Shown here: piece by piece, positions 29,401 to 45,294 of the stretch | How the letters are laid out: each line of letters starts with the position of its first letter | How positions within the stretch are numbered: position 1 is the first letter of the stretch | Assembly (NCBI GenBank): GCA_964016885.1 | Contig: OZ024745.1 | Location: 19,096,001-19,160,000 of the forward strand | Direction of reading: 5' to 3' | Source of the DNA: Eledone cirrhosa | Lineage: Eukaryota | DNA length: 64,000 nt | Notes under the pieces: model-generated | The model's database searches: none | What the model saw: only the letters and a program-made list of their open reading frames with translations | What the model was told of the DNA's origin: nothing | Translations under genes and position numbers: made by a program

Positions 29401-29675
29401 ATAATATAAGATCAAAAGATGGTTAAAGGAGTTCCATGTATTTTATTATGCGCATTTCAAAAACAAACATCATCATGCAATAATATTTGTGTTTTCATCA
29501 GATAAAACAGGAGATTTAAAACTGCACTATCCACAAGTGTTTTTTAGCCTTCATATCATGTTCTCCTGTTTTATCTGATGAAAACACAAATATTATTGCA
29601 TGATGATGTTTGTTTTTGAAATGCGCATAATAAAATACATGGAACTCCTTTAACCATCTTTTGATCTTATATTAT
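29401..29675. mobile_element. Fold-back Penelope-pLTR-like insert with 114-bp inverted arms (29401-29514 / 29562-29675)
   Basis: The arms are reverse complements around a 47-bp spacer and contain a hammerhead motif. Confidence 0.8.
29568..29636 (+). ncRNA. Minimal type-I hammerhead ribozyme 2
   Basis: GUUUUAU-CUGAUGA(29575)-AU-rich helix II-GAAA(29618)-palindromic UGCGCA-UA|AUAAAAU; helix I is 7 bp. Confidence 0.8.
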
Positions 29676-29794
29676 ATATGTATGTATATAGATATATGTA
29701 TATATGTATATATATGTATATATATATATGTATATATATATGTATATATATGTATATATGTATATGTATATATATGTATATATATATATATGTA

Positions 29795-30357
29795 TACAAC
29801 CTGTCTCATGGTCGGGTCGTTGGCGACTAAACTGGCAACCCCACCAAGGTTTCTTGGTGAGGAGGATGACTTTGGACATCCTGCGGAACTAAAAACAAAA
29901 CCTGCCAAAGGGCAAAGGAGCTCTTAAGAGTCAATGGCCATCCAAAATCATCGGGAGAGATGACCCCTTAGCTTTTGTCAAGGCAGAATTCTAGGAGAAG
30001 GAAAACTCTGATATAACACCTGCAGCCCTGATGGTATCCAATGATGTTGACTTGTTCTTCTTTTTGGTAAATATCTTCTTGGTTAAGAGAGTGGGATTGG
30101 CTTTGTGCAGTGCCTTTGCTCACTATAAAAGCTTCACGGCATTGCTTTATATCTGGAGATCTCTCTGCACTTGTCGTCACATGGTGCCATGGGCCCAGCA
30201 CTATGAGTCAATAATTGTCACAGGTGTAGTGTTTGTACCAGAGTTTTCAAGTCGCTGGCTGGACTAAAAAGTCACACTCGTTCAGCACATCGGTAGGGGT
30301 TCTCCTACATAGATATAAAGTAATGGCCGTACTCGAAAACGAGTTGGCAGCCACCAT
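29795..30357 (+). mobile_element. ~610-bp non-coding interspersed repeat, copy 2
   Basis: See copy 1. Contains GGAGAAGGAAAACTCTGA, reminiscent of RTE 5' UTRs. Confidence 0.85.
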
Positions 30358-30801
30358 ATATATGTATATATATGTATATATATATATATGTATATATATA
30401 TATGTATATATGTATATATATATGTATATATATGTATATATATATATGTATATATATATATATGTATATATATATATGTATATATATGTATATATATAAG
30501 TATATATATCTATATATACATGTATATATATGTATATATATATGTATATATATATATGTATATATATGTATATATGTATATATATATGTATATGTGTATA
30601 TATATGTATATATATGTATATATGTATATATATATATGTATATATATATATGTATATATGTATATGTATATATATATATGTATATATATATTTATGTATA
30701 TATATATATATGTATATATATATGTATATATATGTATATATATATATGTATTTATATATATATGTGTATATATATATATATGCGTATATATATATATATG
30801 C

Positions 30802-30879
<78 letters not shown>

Positions 30880-30969
30880 GTATATATATATGTATATATA
30901 TATATATGTATATATATATATGTATATATATATGTATATATATATATATATGTATATATATATGTATAT

Positions 30970-31779
30970 AAGAAGTTTAGGGAACTACTACCACTGCTAG
31001 CTGCAAAAGGCTTCTCCCTCAGAATGAAAGGCAGACTGTATGATGCGTGTATCCGAACAGCGATGTTGCATGGTAGTGAGACCTGGGCGCTGAAGGTGGA
31101 AGACTTACGTAGATTAGAGAGAAACGAAGCCTGCATGCTCCGATGGATGTGTAACAGTAATATACGTGAACGACAAAGCATAAATGAATTGAGAGAGAGA
31201 CTGAGCATAAGAGGAATCAAATGCTGCGTGCAGGAGAGGCGGTTACGCTGGTATGGACATGTGATGCGTATGAAGGATGACAGCTGCATAAAAAGGTGCA
31301 GAGCACTAGAAGTTGATGGAAACCGCGGAGTGGGGAGACCCAAGATGACTTGGGATGAGGTGATAAAAGCCGACCTTACCCAACTACACCTCTCAAAGTC
31401 AATGACACACGACCGTGACCTCTGGCGTCACGCAGTAATACAGGGTACCCGACCTCCCATGGGTACATGCTGAAGCATATAAACAATATGCCCCCCCCCC
31501 CCCACCGCAAGGTGGTCGTGGAGGTGCCACGGCAAAAAAGTACCCAGCCCACACTGTAAAGTGGACGTGTAGGCGCCACGAAAAAGCACCCAGCACTCAC
31601 TGTAAATGAGGTTGGTGTTAGGAAGGGCATCCAGCTGTAGAAATCAAGCCAGATCAGTTCCTGTATGAGCAAGGCATGGTCAGCCGACCAGACACTGCCC
31701 ACAACAGGACAACCCGTCTAACCCATGCTAGCGTGGAAGAACGGACGTAAAACGGTGATGATGATGATGATGATGATGA
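30970..31779 (+). mobile_element. 5'-truncated RTE-clade LINE (RT C-terminus, 3' UTR, (GAT)n tail)
   Basis: [10 protein letters not shown]...MLHGSETW...[11 protein letters not shown]...GRPKMTW; (GAT)n at 31757-31779. Confidence 0.92.
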
Positions 31780-34700
31780 TATATATATGTATATATATAT
31801 ATGTATATATATATGTATATATATATATATATGTATATATATGTATATATATATGTATATATATGTATATATATATGTATATATATATGTATATATATAT
31901 GTATATATATATGTATATATATATATGTATATATATGTATATATATATATATGTATATATATGTATATATATATATATGTATATATATGTATATATATAT
32001 ATATGTATGTATATATATATATATGTATATCATCATCATCATCATCGTTTCACGTCCATATTCCACGCTTGCATGGGTTTGGACGGGGGTTTTCCCACTT
32101 GAGGCAAGAGTGCTTGTCTTGCTCGCATAGGACTGTCTGGTGGGTTTTCTACGGCTGGATGCCCTTCCTAACACCATCCACATTTACAGTGTGGGGCTGG
32201 GTTGTTTTTACCGTATTGCCTACACGGCCACATTACAGCGTGGACTGTGTGTTTTTTTGTCGTGACACCTACACGACCTCATTTGTTTCGGGCTGGATGT
32301 TGTGACACCAACATAACTTTACATTGAATGGGTGGTGTGGATGGGGTGGGGGTAGTGGGACGGGGTGTATTTTGTTAGAGGTGCCTACTGACTGTAGTAG
32401 GTTTCACTTTGTACTTAGGTAAGGCGGGTCTTCTCTATTACTGTGTAGCGCCAAAGATCTCAGTCCAGTGACATTGTCTTAGAGAGGTGTAAGTGTATGA
32501 GGTCGGAATTTATCAAGTCGTCCCAGGTTTTTCTGGGTCTGCCTACTCCGTGGCTACCGTCTAATTTTATTGCCCTGCACTTTTTTTATACAGCTGTCGT
32601 CTTTCATGCGCATCACGTGACCATAACAACGTAGTCTTCTCTCGAGTAAACAACATCTGATCCCTCTTATTTCTAATTTCTCCCTTAGTACGTTTATGCT
32701 TTGCCGTTCACGTATGTTACTATTACACATCCAGCAGAACATGCAAGCTTCGTTTCTCTCCAGTCTGCGTATATCCTCTGCACACAATGTAATATTGCTG
32801 TTCGTATGCAGGCATCATACAGCCTGCCCTTCATTTTTAGAGAGAACCCTTTCGCGGCCAATAGTGGTATAAGCTCTCTGAATTTTTTCCATCCTGTTCT
32901 GACCCTAGCTACTGTACTTTCAGAGCACCCTCCCCCACTGCTGATTTTATCACCCAGGTAATGGAAGCTGTCCACTATTTGTATAGAACCATCTGTGCAA
33001 TGGAACGAGTTAGTATTCTGTGGGCACTTGCTGCTACTTATTGCACCAGAGCACCGGCCACATATAAAATCTATATTCTTAGATAGTTTACCTGTGATCC
33101 CACTACATCTTTTATGTACCCATACTTTGCATTTGGGACATAAAATGGAGTTTCATGGCCATTTCCCAGATGGGACCGGTGCCCTATTTTCCTTCCTACA
33201 AACTAGAACTTTAGTCTTAGACAAGTTTACTTTAAGGCCTTTTGATTCTAGGCCATGCTTCCATGTTTGGAATTTCTTCTCTAGTTCAGCCATTGATTCA
33301 GCTATGAGCGTTAGATCATCTGCATATAGAAGTTCCCATGGGCAGCCGGTCTTGAACTTCTCTGTTATAGCCTGAAGGGCAATAATAAATAGTAGGGGGC
33401 TAAGGACGGAGCCCTGATGAACACCAACTTTTACACTAAACTCTTCACTATATTCGTTGTTAACTCTAACCTTGCTGGCTGTTTCTTTATACATGGCTTG
33501 TATAGCTCTCACAAGCCATTCATCAACACCTAGTTTTCTAAGGGCCCACCAGATAATCGAGCGGGGTACTCTGTCAAAGGCTTTCTCCAAGTCAACAAAA
33601 GCTAAGTATAGGGGTTTACTTTTAGCTAGGTACTTCTCCTGTAGTTGTCGTACAATGAAAAGAGCGTCTGTTGTACTTTTACCTGACACAAACCCGAACT
33701 GCATTTCATCTAGATCAATTCGCTCTCTGATTAGTTGCGCTATTACTTTTTCTGTGACCTTCATGACCTGGTCAATTAATTTAATGCCTCTATAGTTTCC
33801 CCTATCTAGGGCATCTCCTTTACCCTTGTAGCAGTTAATGATGATGCTGCGCCAGTCCTTCGGAACGACCCCATTCTGTATGACTTGGTTTACTATCCGG
33901 GTGACCATAGTGTGTCCCACCGTTCCAGATGCTTTCAGCATTTCGGCAACTATTTCTGAAGGCCCGGCCGCCTTGCCCGTCTTCATGTCTTTGATCGCCT
34001 TACTTATTATACTACCTTCAACTTGCACTGCTGGTCCCTCTATTGGGTCGATGTGGGGGAGACTGTCTTTCTCCCAATTATTCTCCTCATTTAGTAGCCT
34101 TTCGTAGTGACACTTCCAAGCTACCTTCTTATCAGCGTCAGTGATGGCAAGTACACCATCATCATTTAGGACACACTTCTCCCCGACAATATCACTGTTT
34201 TCCTTGACACATTGCCTAGCTATCCTGAACACCTCACGTTTTTGGTCCTCGCGTTGTAGAACATGCTTGAACTTTCTTTCCTCTGCTTCCCTTCTTGTGA
34301 AGTACACTTGTCTCCTAGCTTCCCTCCTGGCCACTTGATAGTCTTCTCTACTTCCCCCATCCTGCCATGCTTTCCAAGCCTGCTTTTTGGCCTTGATTGA
34401 CCTCTCCACCTTACTGTTCCACCACCAAGTTACTCTCCTCCTGCCTATAGGCCTGCTCCAGCCACATGTTTCATCTGTCGCCTTCAACAGGTTAGCTTTC
34501 AGGAATTCCCACTGTTCCTCTATATTGTACGACTCTAATTGCTCTTCCTTACTATCAAAAGCATCAAGTAATATGCTTTTAAATTTATGACTGGCTGTGG
34601 GGTCCTTTAATTTCCATATTTTTCTCCTGAGGATAGTCCTCTTCTGTTGTTGACTATGAGGTCGCTGATTATGAGTCTATGTTGAGACGTGCATTCTTCG

Positions 34701-35880
34701 TGACACTCTGTCACGTCTCCTGGTAAGGATATAATCTACCTGGCTTGTGTGTTCCCCCGATCTATAGGTGATCAGGTGATTGTCTCGTTTTTTGAAGTTA
34801 GTGTTACAGATAGTTAGGTTATTTGCGTCACAGAATTCCAGGATTCTGGAGCCTTCCTCATTTCTAGTACCAAACCCATAGCATCCATAGATTCCGTCTT
34901 AGCCATCACAATGTTGTCCAACGTGACCATTTAGGTCACCTGCAATAATTATATAGTCACTGTCGGTTATTTGGGAGGTAGTGAGCATCAGTGTCTCATA
35001 GAATCTGTCTTTTATAGTGCCGGGCAGCCCGGATTGGGGTGCGTACGCAGATATTACTGTCACCGTAGTTCTATTGAGGACAAGTCTTATTTTAATTATT
35101 CTGTCGTTCACTCTATTTACGTCTATTATCTTATCTGCCCACTTTTCTGCTACCATGATTCCTACTCCACCCAGCCCATTGTCATTTCCCACCCAGAAAA
35201 GCTTATAGCATCGTTCTTTATCCACGATGAATCTAGCAGACCCACCCCTCCACCTGGTCTCTTGAATACAACAAACATCGACCTCCTTACGTTCAAGCAT
35301 TTCTACAACCTCGTTAGAGCGACCCTTTAAGGTGCCTACATTCATGGTACCAACTCTGAAGTTTTGGATTGTGTTTGGAGAGTGGGAGCGGTGGGGCGCG
35401 GGGGGGGGGGGCTATGTTAGCCATCCGCGGCCGAAACAAAGAGGAGGAGTGCTTGCATTCTCGTCCACGAGGTGAATTTGTCTTTATCTTTGGCATTGTC
35501 GCTGAGCGTCCAGATTTTTCTCTTTTCAACTCTCCAGAATTCCGTAGTCCATCCATCATATCGAAAGGCAACAAGGTAAGCGATAGTATAGGCCTCTGAC
35601 TTATGATTGGTCCATGTAATAATGGTGGTGCGTGAGGACGGGCGGGTGGGATGTTGGGTAGTTAGCGAGAAGGTAAGGTTTAAATAAGATCCCCGTATTT
35701 TGGGCATAATTTAACAAGCATAAACAAAAATACAAGATTTGTTTTGGAAAATACGACAGAGTATCGAGTAGAAAGGCAAAGATTGGATTCGGGGAAAAAA
35801 TGATAGAGAATGGCGAATGGATGGACTAAGGAATTAAAAAGGAGAGATGAATGAAGAAATATTTGTACGTTACATTATAC

Positions 35881-37995
35881 TATAGCGAGATTACTGGTGT
35901 ATGAATGTAACAAAACGAGACAATGTTTGTGTGTATAATATTTAATTAACGGTAGATAGTATACTTGACATGTCAAAGATAGATGTTAGAATGAAACAAA
36001 GTTAGTAGTTACCGTTTTGATTGCCAGGCAAACGCGGCTGGCAGAGGGCGCCTGGCTAAGGCCAGGCGCCTGTTGGCCAAATTAATGGCAGAGCCAAATG
36101 AGAAGACTCTTGACCTGGTGCCGAAAAGGCAAAGAGAGAGGAAGGAAGCTTAACGTTGTTAGTTTTATAGGGCTCTGACCGGAAGTTGCAGAAAGGGTTC
36201 CACTTCCCGTCTAGATCCCAATCAAAACAAGGGAGACAACCGCTACATAACCTCCCGCCAGAATTTTAGTGTATAAAAATCGAAATGAAAATATGTAGCA
36301 AGTTGGCGAGAATGTTGTAACAGGCATGAAAATTACGAAAGAATGTTTGGAAAAATCAATGATAGATATCAAGGTAGCCAACCGCTCTTGGCCAGAGAAC
36401 GACTGGACATCCATCTATCCATCACCCAAAGACACAATGTAATAAAGTAAAAGTAATAGAAGAGCTCAAAGTTCAAAATATAGTTCACAGGTGTGCAATC
36501 ACATGACAGCTGGAAAGAAAGTGTGTTCCAGAGAATGAATGCAGGTGGTTTCTGTTCTGTGGTATATCGTGAAATTTCCAACCTCCGAATGGATTTTCTC
36601 ACAGGAAGAGTGCTGCAAAAATAAATTCTCTGGCTTTGGTGAAGCTGTGTTGATGTATTGCTGTTGCTGTTATATTGCTGTTGCTGCTGCTGTTGTCTCG
36701 CTGAGTGAGCGTATTCGGTGTTTAAATTCACAGTAAAAAAATTTTTTTTTAGAAAAAAATGAGTTGCGCAAAGTGCTAGAAATAGCAGCCGAAGTTGATG
36801 GTCGATGTTGAGAATGCGTTGACCTGGAAGGGTCAAGAGGCCAGCGACCAGAGAAATAAGCATTCTTAATAAATGCGCGGTTATCAACGGTAAATTTACA
36901 TTGTAAATTTATAAACCGGCAAATAGAAGAATATAGCTTAAGGCTGAAGAATCCCTGGTGATAAATGGCGTGCGGCTGTCTGTGAGTAAAGACATCTCAG
37001 TGAATCGAGAATTTATGCTGCCTACACGTGCCAATACAAGGTTGAAAAAAAAAAATATTTCTAACGCGCGAGAAAATGATAGTGCAATTTTGAAAGTGAC
37101 AATGATGAAAAAGAAAGGCTTCAATCAGCATAATTATAGGTGTGAATTTTGGAAAAAAAACAAAAAACTTGAACGATGAAGAAAACGAAGAACAAAAGGC
37201 AATGGTTCATCGAAAATAAATGTTCCTGTTGAAATGTTTTTTAAAGAATATCAAATTTCTTTTTTTTTTTTTTTTTTTTTTTTTGTGTTTTGAAAGAGTT
37301 CGTTGTAAGAAACGAGAAACATATATATATATCGTGAAATGTTTTTTTTTGTTTTGAAAGTGTTCGTTGTAAGAAACGAGAAACATATATATATATATAT
37401 TGGTGAAATGCGACAGTTAATTGATGCGTGAGAGAAAAAGTATGTCTGTGCGAATTCCACATGTGCGTGTGTGCGTGTCCTTGAGTATTTTCATAGTTTG
37501 TCGCTAAATTTGCTGTGTATTCGTAATGTTACTCACAAAACCAGATGTGCTATTTTTTTCTTTTTTTGGGGGGGTGACCACTTATAGCGATGAACGGCTG
37601 CGTGTTCGTATCACGTCAGGGTTACCAATATAGCGAGATTACTGGTGTATGAATGTAACAAAACGAGACAATGTTTGTGTGTATAATATTTAATTAACGG
37701 TAGATAGTATACTTGACATGTCAAAGATAGATGTTAGAATGAAACAAAGTTAGTAGTTACCGTTTTGATTGCCAGGCAAACGCGGCTGGCAGAGGGCGCC
37801 TGGCTAAGGCCAGGCGCCTGTTGGCCAAATTAATGGCAGAGCCAAATGAGAAGACTCTTGACCTGGTGCCGAAAAGGCAAAGAGAGAGGAAGGAAGCTTA
37901 ACGTTGTTAGTTTTATAGGGCTCTGACCGGAAGTTGCAGAAAGGGTTCCACTTCCCGTCTAGATCCCAATCAAAACAAGGGAGACAACCGCTACA
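35881..37995 (-). mobile_element. 2115-bp non-autonomous LTR retrotransposon (Gypsy-type signals)
   Basis: 367-bp direct repeats at 35881-36247 and 37629-37995, identical by eye; minus-strand termini TGTAGCG...CGCTATA; ATAC TSD at 35877-35880 and 37996-37999; PBS TGGTAACCCTGACGTGA next to the 5' LTR; purine tract GGCGGGAGG before the 3' LTR; no gag/pol ORF recognised. Confidence 0.92.
37611..37627 (-). other. Primer-binding site, tRNA-Trp type
   Basis: TGGTAACCCTGACGTGA versus the canonical Trp PBS TGGTGACCCCGACGTGA (2 differences); 1 nt from the LTR end. Confidence 0.8.
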
Positions 37996-38573
37996 ATACC
38001 ATGAAAGCAGCCATCCCGGAATAGGAATTTGGCGGTTCTGATTTTTTCGTACTTGTAGGGTTTATCGTATATATGGAGATAAAGAGGGGGGTTGGCCGCG
38101 AACCAGCATGATGTGGGGGGGGAGAAGATAGGAGGGAGCAGAGGTTAAGAGTTTAAATACAGTATATATATATGTATATATATATGTATATATATATGTG
38201 TATTTATATATATATATATATGTATATATGTATATATATGTATATATATATGTATATATATATGTATATATATATGTATATATATATATGTATATATATA
38301 TGTATATATATATTTATATATCTATATATGTATATATGTATAAACCCTTATTTGTCTGCCTCTCTGTTTTGTTCCCGTATAAATTTGCACTATATATATA
38401 TATATAAACGGAAAAAAATGAAACGAAATTTCATTTCCCACTCTTTTTCCATTTCTCCGAGGGTTCTTAACCCCACTATCAGGCTAAATAATTTCTTTAA
38501 TTTCTTTAGTCCAAATACGGCGATAGCTTACATTTCTAATAAATATCGTATATATATATATATATATAATATC

Positions 38574-38629
<56 letters not shown>

Positions 38630-38776
38630 GTGTATATATATATATATATATATATATGTAGGAGGTGAGTTTTATTGTAGTACAATAAAGCAATGCAGAT
38701 ATCGGATAAGAAGCACTCTACAGTTTGTGGGACTGGAGTATGCATAATATAATATATTATATATATATATATATAT

Positions 38777-40877
38777 ATATTGTTATATTTGGGGAGGGTC
38801 ATATTTGCGTAATATTGCCAGAATTAATAACAGAACACACTCACTGTTTGGTTGGTTTTCGCTTCTCGCTGTCTTTTATATCTGCGATCTAACTTACTCG
38901 GTCCTCAATGTTGCCATTGACTGACCGGCGGTCAAAAATAATACAGATACAATATAGACACAAACACATATATATAGTTTACATAATTTACATAAATCTT
39001 TCGTTGCACATCTGCAACATCGTCACCCAAAATGAGGGAGCAGCCATCGGCGTCAGCATAGCTGGTGATGTTGCCAACCTTTTTATGGTATGGTGGGAAA
39101 GGAGACTTAAAGATCTCCTTAATGAAAGCTCCGTAGACCTCATCATGTACTCTCGTTATGTAGACGATATCAATATAGTTATAAGAACACCCCCACTAGA
39201 GAGCACTAACAAGTTTGATTTAGAACGTAGCACGATGGAAAGCATCCAGCAGATAGCTAATTCCATACACCAGAGTATAACTGTAACTATAGACTTCCCT
39301 TCCAAACACCCTAACAATAGACTACCTGTATTAGACACAGAACTCTGGATTAACACTATAGACGAGAGAGCCCAAATTCTCCACTCACACTATGCTAAAC
39401 CCATGGCCTCCAAATACCTGATACTCAAAAACTCAGCAATGTCCAGTAGTGCTAAGTTTAATATTCTGATCGCAGATTTGGTACGAGTGATGAAGAATGT
39501 GTCCAGCATGTGCGACCCAACAGAAATGGAAGGACACATCCAACACTTCATCAACCGCATGCAGTTCTCTGGCTACAACCAAAGAGACAGAGTCAGAGTA
39601 TACGAAGGAGCCATGGAAAAGTATAAGACCCTCATAGAACTGGATATGAAAGGAATTTGCCCACTATACAGGAGCAAATCATGGAATAGCTTAGATAGGG
39701 CTAGACATAAGATAGGGAAGGCCACATCATGGTACGACAACCAGAGATATCAGAGTGTCATGTTTGTGGACGCCACCCCTGGAGGGAAATTAGCTAACCA
39801 GTGTAGAAAGGCCCTGAGAAAGACCCACTTAAAAATAAAGGTGGTAGAAAAGCCAGGAACCACCATAAAATCCCTGATCAGCAAAACCTACCCTTTTAAG
39901 AAAACCCACTGTACCAATAGGAAATGTATCATATGTAAGCTGAACCCCCGGATAAACTGTAAAACTAGAAACGTAGTCTATAGCATAAGATGTACAGAGG
40001 GTACTTGCAGAAACATGACAACAACATACATAGGTGAGACAGCTCGTAGCATAGGTGAAAGGATAGACCAACACTGGGGGGAACTAAAAGAACGAAAAAA
40101 CGGGTCAGTACTATACGAACATGCTAGACAACAACATGACGGTAACATAGACAACATAGAAATTAGAATAATATCTAAACATAGGAATGGCCCAGCAGAT
40201 AGGCCAGTGAAATAGAAATTAGAAGACTAAAGCTAAACAGAAAGAATGAGTGGAACAACAACAACACCCAAACAAACAACACTGACCTAAGAGAAGTATA
40301 AATAAGTAAATAAAATTAAATAAAATAAGATAAATAAATACATACACAAGCACAATAACAACAAGCACATAAACACACACTAGTCACCCAGCAGACACAA
40401 CACTATACACACTAGTCACACATCACACATAACACTATACACACACGCAAACGCATGCGCAAAGAAGACAAAATAAAATAAGATAAACAAACAAGCAAAT
40501 AAATAAATAAATATATAGACAGACTGAACAAAAAAAATGGCGTAGACATACAACACAACAGGAGGAACAATGAATATAATACCACTGACGATGTTGCAGA
40601 TGTGCAACGAAAGATTTATGTAAATTATGTAAACTATATATATGTGTTTGTGTCTATATTGTATCTGTATTATTTTTGACCGCCGGTCAGTCAATGGCAA
40701 CATTGAGGACCGAGTAAGTTAGATCGCAGATATAAAAGACAGCGAGAAGCGAAAACCAACCAAACAGTGAGTGTGTTCTGTTATTAATTCTGGCAATATT
40801 ACGCAAATATGACCCTCCCCAAATATAACAATATCTGTTTCGACACACGATTTCATATAAAAAACCTCGCAAAACTA

Positions 40878-40878
<1 letters not shown>
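38777..40878 (+). mobile_element. 5'-truncated Penelope-like element (RT C-half + GIY-YIG) with an inverted partial pLTR at the 5' end
   Basis: QNEGAAIG (from ~39028), YSRYVDD, LPVLD, HYAKP, Cys-rich linker CTNRKCIIC, NVVYSIRC...YIGETAR...RIDQH; frameshift near 40200 (LNRKNEW in another frame); 38777-39025 is the reverse complement of 40586-40834. Confidence 0.92.
40576..40628 (+). ncRNA. Probable minimal hammerhead ribozyme in the Penelope pLTR
   Basis: CUGACGA(40585)-U-GUUGCA/gaug/UGCAAC-GAAA(40609)-GAUU-UA|UGU...; helix I is imperfect. Confidence 0.6.
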
Positions 40879-43303
<2,425 letters not shown>

Positions 43304-43304
<1 letters not shown>

Positions 43305-44609
43305 GCTCAATATGCAAATTAGGCTGCTCAGCCGTTAATTTTCATAAGGAAAGTATATACTTTCGAACGTTCAACTATCTGGCAGATGGGTAAACGGTGC
43401 TGATGATAGCTAACAAGCTTGAAACTAGTACATCGTTCCTGTGTCAGTGTTGAACAAAAAGGTGACGTGGTTGCCTTAACACCGTATGGCATAAATTCAG
43501 GCTGTTCAGTTTGTTTACAAACGAACAAAGCGACGTTAGCGCCGCTAAACTGATACGTGCATATATGTATGTGTACCTGTATGCATATGTATATATATAT
43601 GTATATATATATATATATGTGCATGCTACTGTACGTCTGTATACATATATGTATGTACGTATACATGCATACTTACATTTAAGTAAGTGCCATACTAAGA
43701 GTGAGAAATGAAATTTCGTTTTCATTTTGTTTCAATTTATCGTTTTCGGTATGCCTGACCGATTTAACTCACTCAATATGCAAATTAGGCTGCTCAGCCG
43801 TTAATTTTCATAAGGAAAGTATATACTTTCGAACGTTCAACTATCTGGCAGATGGGTAAACGGTGCTGATGATAGCTAACAAGCTTGAAACTAGTACATC
43901 GTTCCTGTGTCAGTGTTGAACAAAAAGGTGACGTGGTTGCCTTAACACCGTATGGCATAAATTCAGGCTGTTCAGTTTGTTTACAAACGAACAAAGCGAC
44001 GTTAGCGCCGCTAAACTGATACGTGCATATATGTATGTGTACCTGTATGCATATGTATATATATATGTATATATATATATATATGTGCATGCTACTGTAC
44101 GTCTGTATACATATATGTATGTACGTATACATGCATACTTACATTTAAGTAAGTGCCATACTAAGAGTGAGAAATGAAATTTCGTTTTCATTTTGTTTCA
44201 ATTTATCGTTTTCGGTATGCCTGACCGATTTAACTCACTCAATATGCAAATTAGGCTGCTCAGCCGTTAATTTTCATAAGGAAAGTATATACTTTCGAAC
44301 GTTCAACTATCTGGCAGATGGGTAAACGGTGCTGATGATAGCTAACAAGCTTGAAACTAGTACATCGTTCCTGTGTCAGTGTTGAACAAAAAGGTGACGT
44401 GGTTGCCTTAACACCGTATGGCATAAATTCAGGCTGTTCGGTTTGTTTACAAACGAACAAAGCGACGTTAGCGCCGCTAAACTGATACGTGCATATATGT
44501 ATGTGTACCTGTATGCATATGTATATATATATGTATATATATATATATATGTGCATGCTACTGTACGTCTGTATACATATATGTATGTACGTATACATGC
44601 ATACTTACA
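43304..44609. repeat. 466-bp tandem repeat, ~2.8 near-identical copies, MITE-derived
   Basis: Identical pseudo-ORFs start at 43328, 43794 and 44260 (period 466); the unit is a diverged reverse complement of 46205-46663. Confidence 0.9.
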
Positions 44610-44879
44610 TATATATATACGTATATATATATATATATATATACGTATATATATATATATATATACGTATATATATATATATACGTATACGTATATATAT
44701 ATATATATATACGTATATATATATATATACGTATATATATATATATATATACGTATATATATATATATATATATATACGTATATATATAAACGGAAAAAA
44801 TGAAACGAAATTTCATTTCCCAGTCTTAGTACGGCTGTTACTTAAATATACGTATATATATATATATATTTATATATAC

Positions 44880-44932
<53 letters not shown>

Positions 44933-45109
44933 TATACGTATATATATATATATATACATATATATACGTATATATATATATATATATTTATATATACGTA
45001 TATATATATATATACGTATATATATATATATATATATATATACGTATATATATATATATATATATATATTTATTTATACGTATATATATATATATATATA
45101 TATATATAC

Positions 45110-45157
<48 letters not shown>

Positions 45158-45220
45158 GTATATATATATATATATGTATATATATATACGTATATATATA
45201 TATATATGTATATATATATA

Positions 45221-45285
<65 letters not shown>

Positions 45286-45294
<9 letters not shown>

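Larger units (their letters stand above)
32029..38162 (-). mobile_element. Near-full-length, mutated RTE-clade LINE (APE + RT), interrupted in its putative 5' region by an LTR element
   Basis: APE motifs NVGTL, IQETRW, SAYAPQ, GDLNGH (35345-34899); RT motifs NYRGI, QFGF, FVDLEKAFDRV, GVHQGSVLSPLLF, YADD (34487-33153); stops, frameshifts and deletions; CAT tail at 32029-32046. The extent beyond ~35700 is inferred. Confidence 0.88.

Noticed and set aside
36369-36887. 172-aa ORF inside the LTR element as gag or integrase
   Set aside because: No recognisable CCHC, protease, RT or DDE motifs; contains simple-repeat poly-Q.
43328-44598. Three identical 112-aa ORFs as a tandem gene family
   Set aside because: They derive from the 466-bp MITE-like tandem, start in TA-rich sequence and show no domain features.
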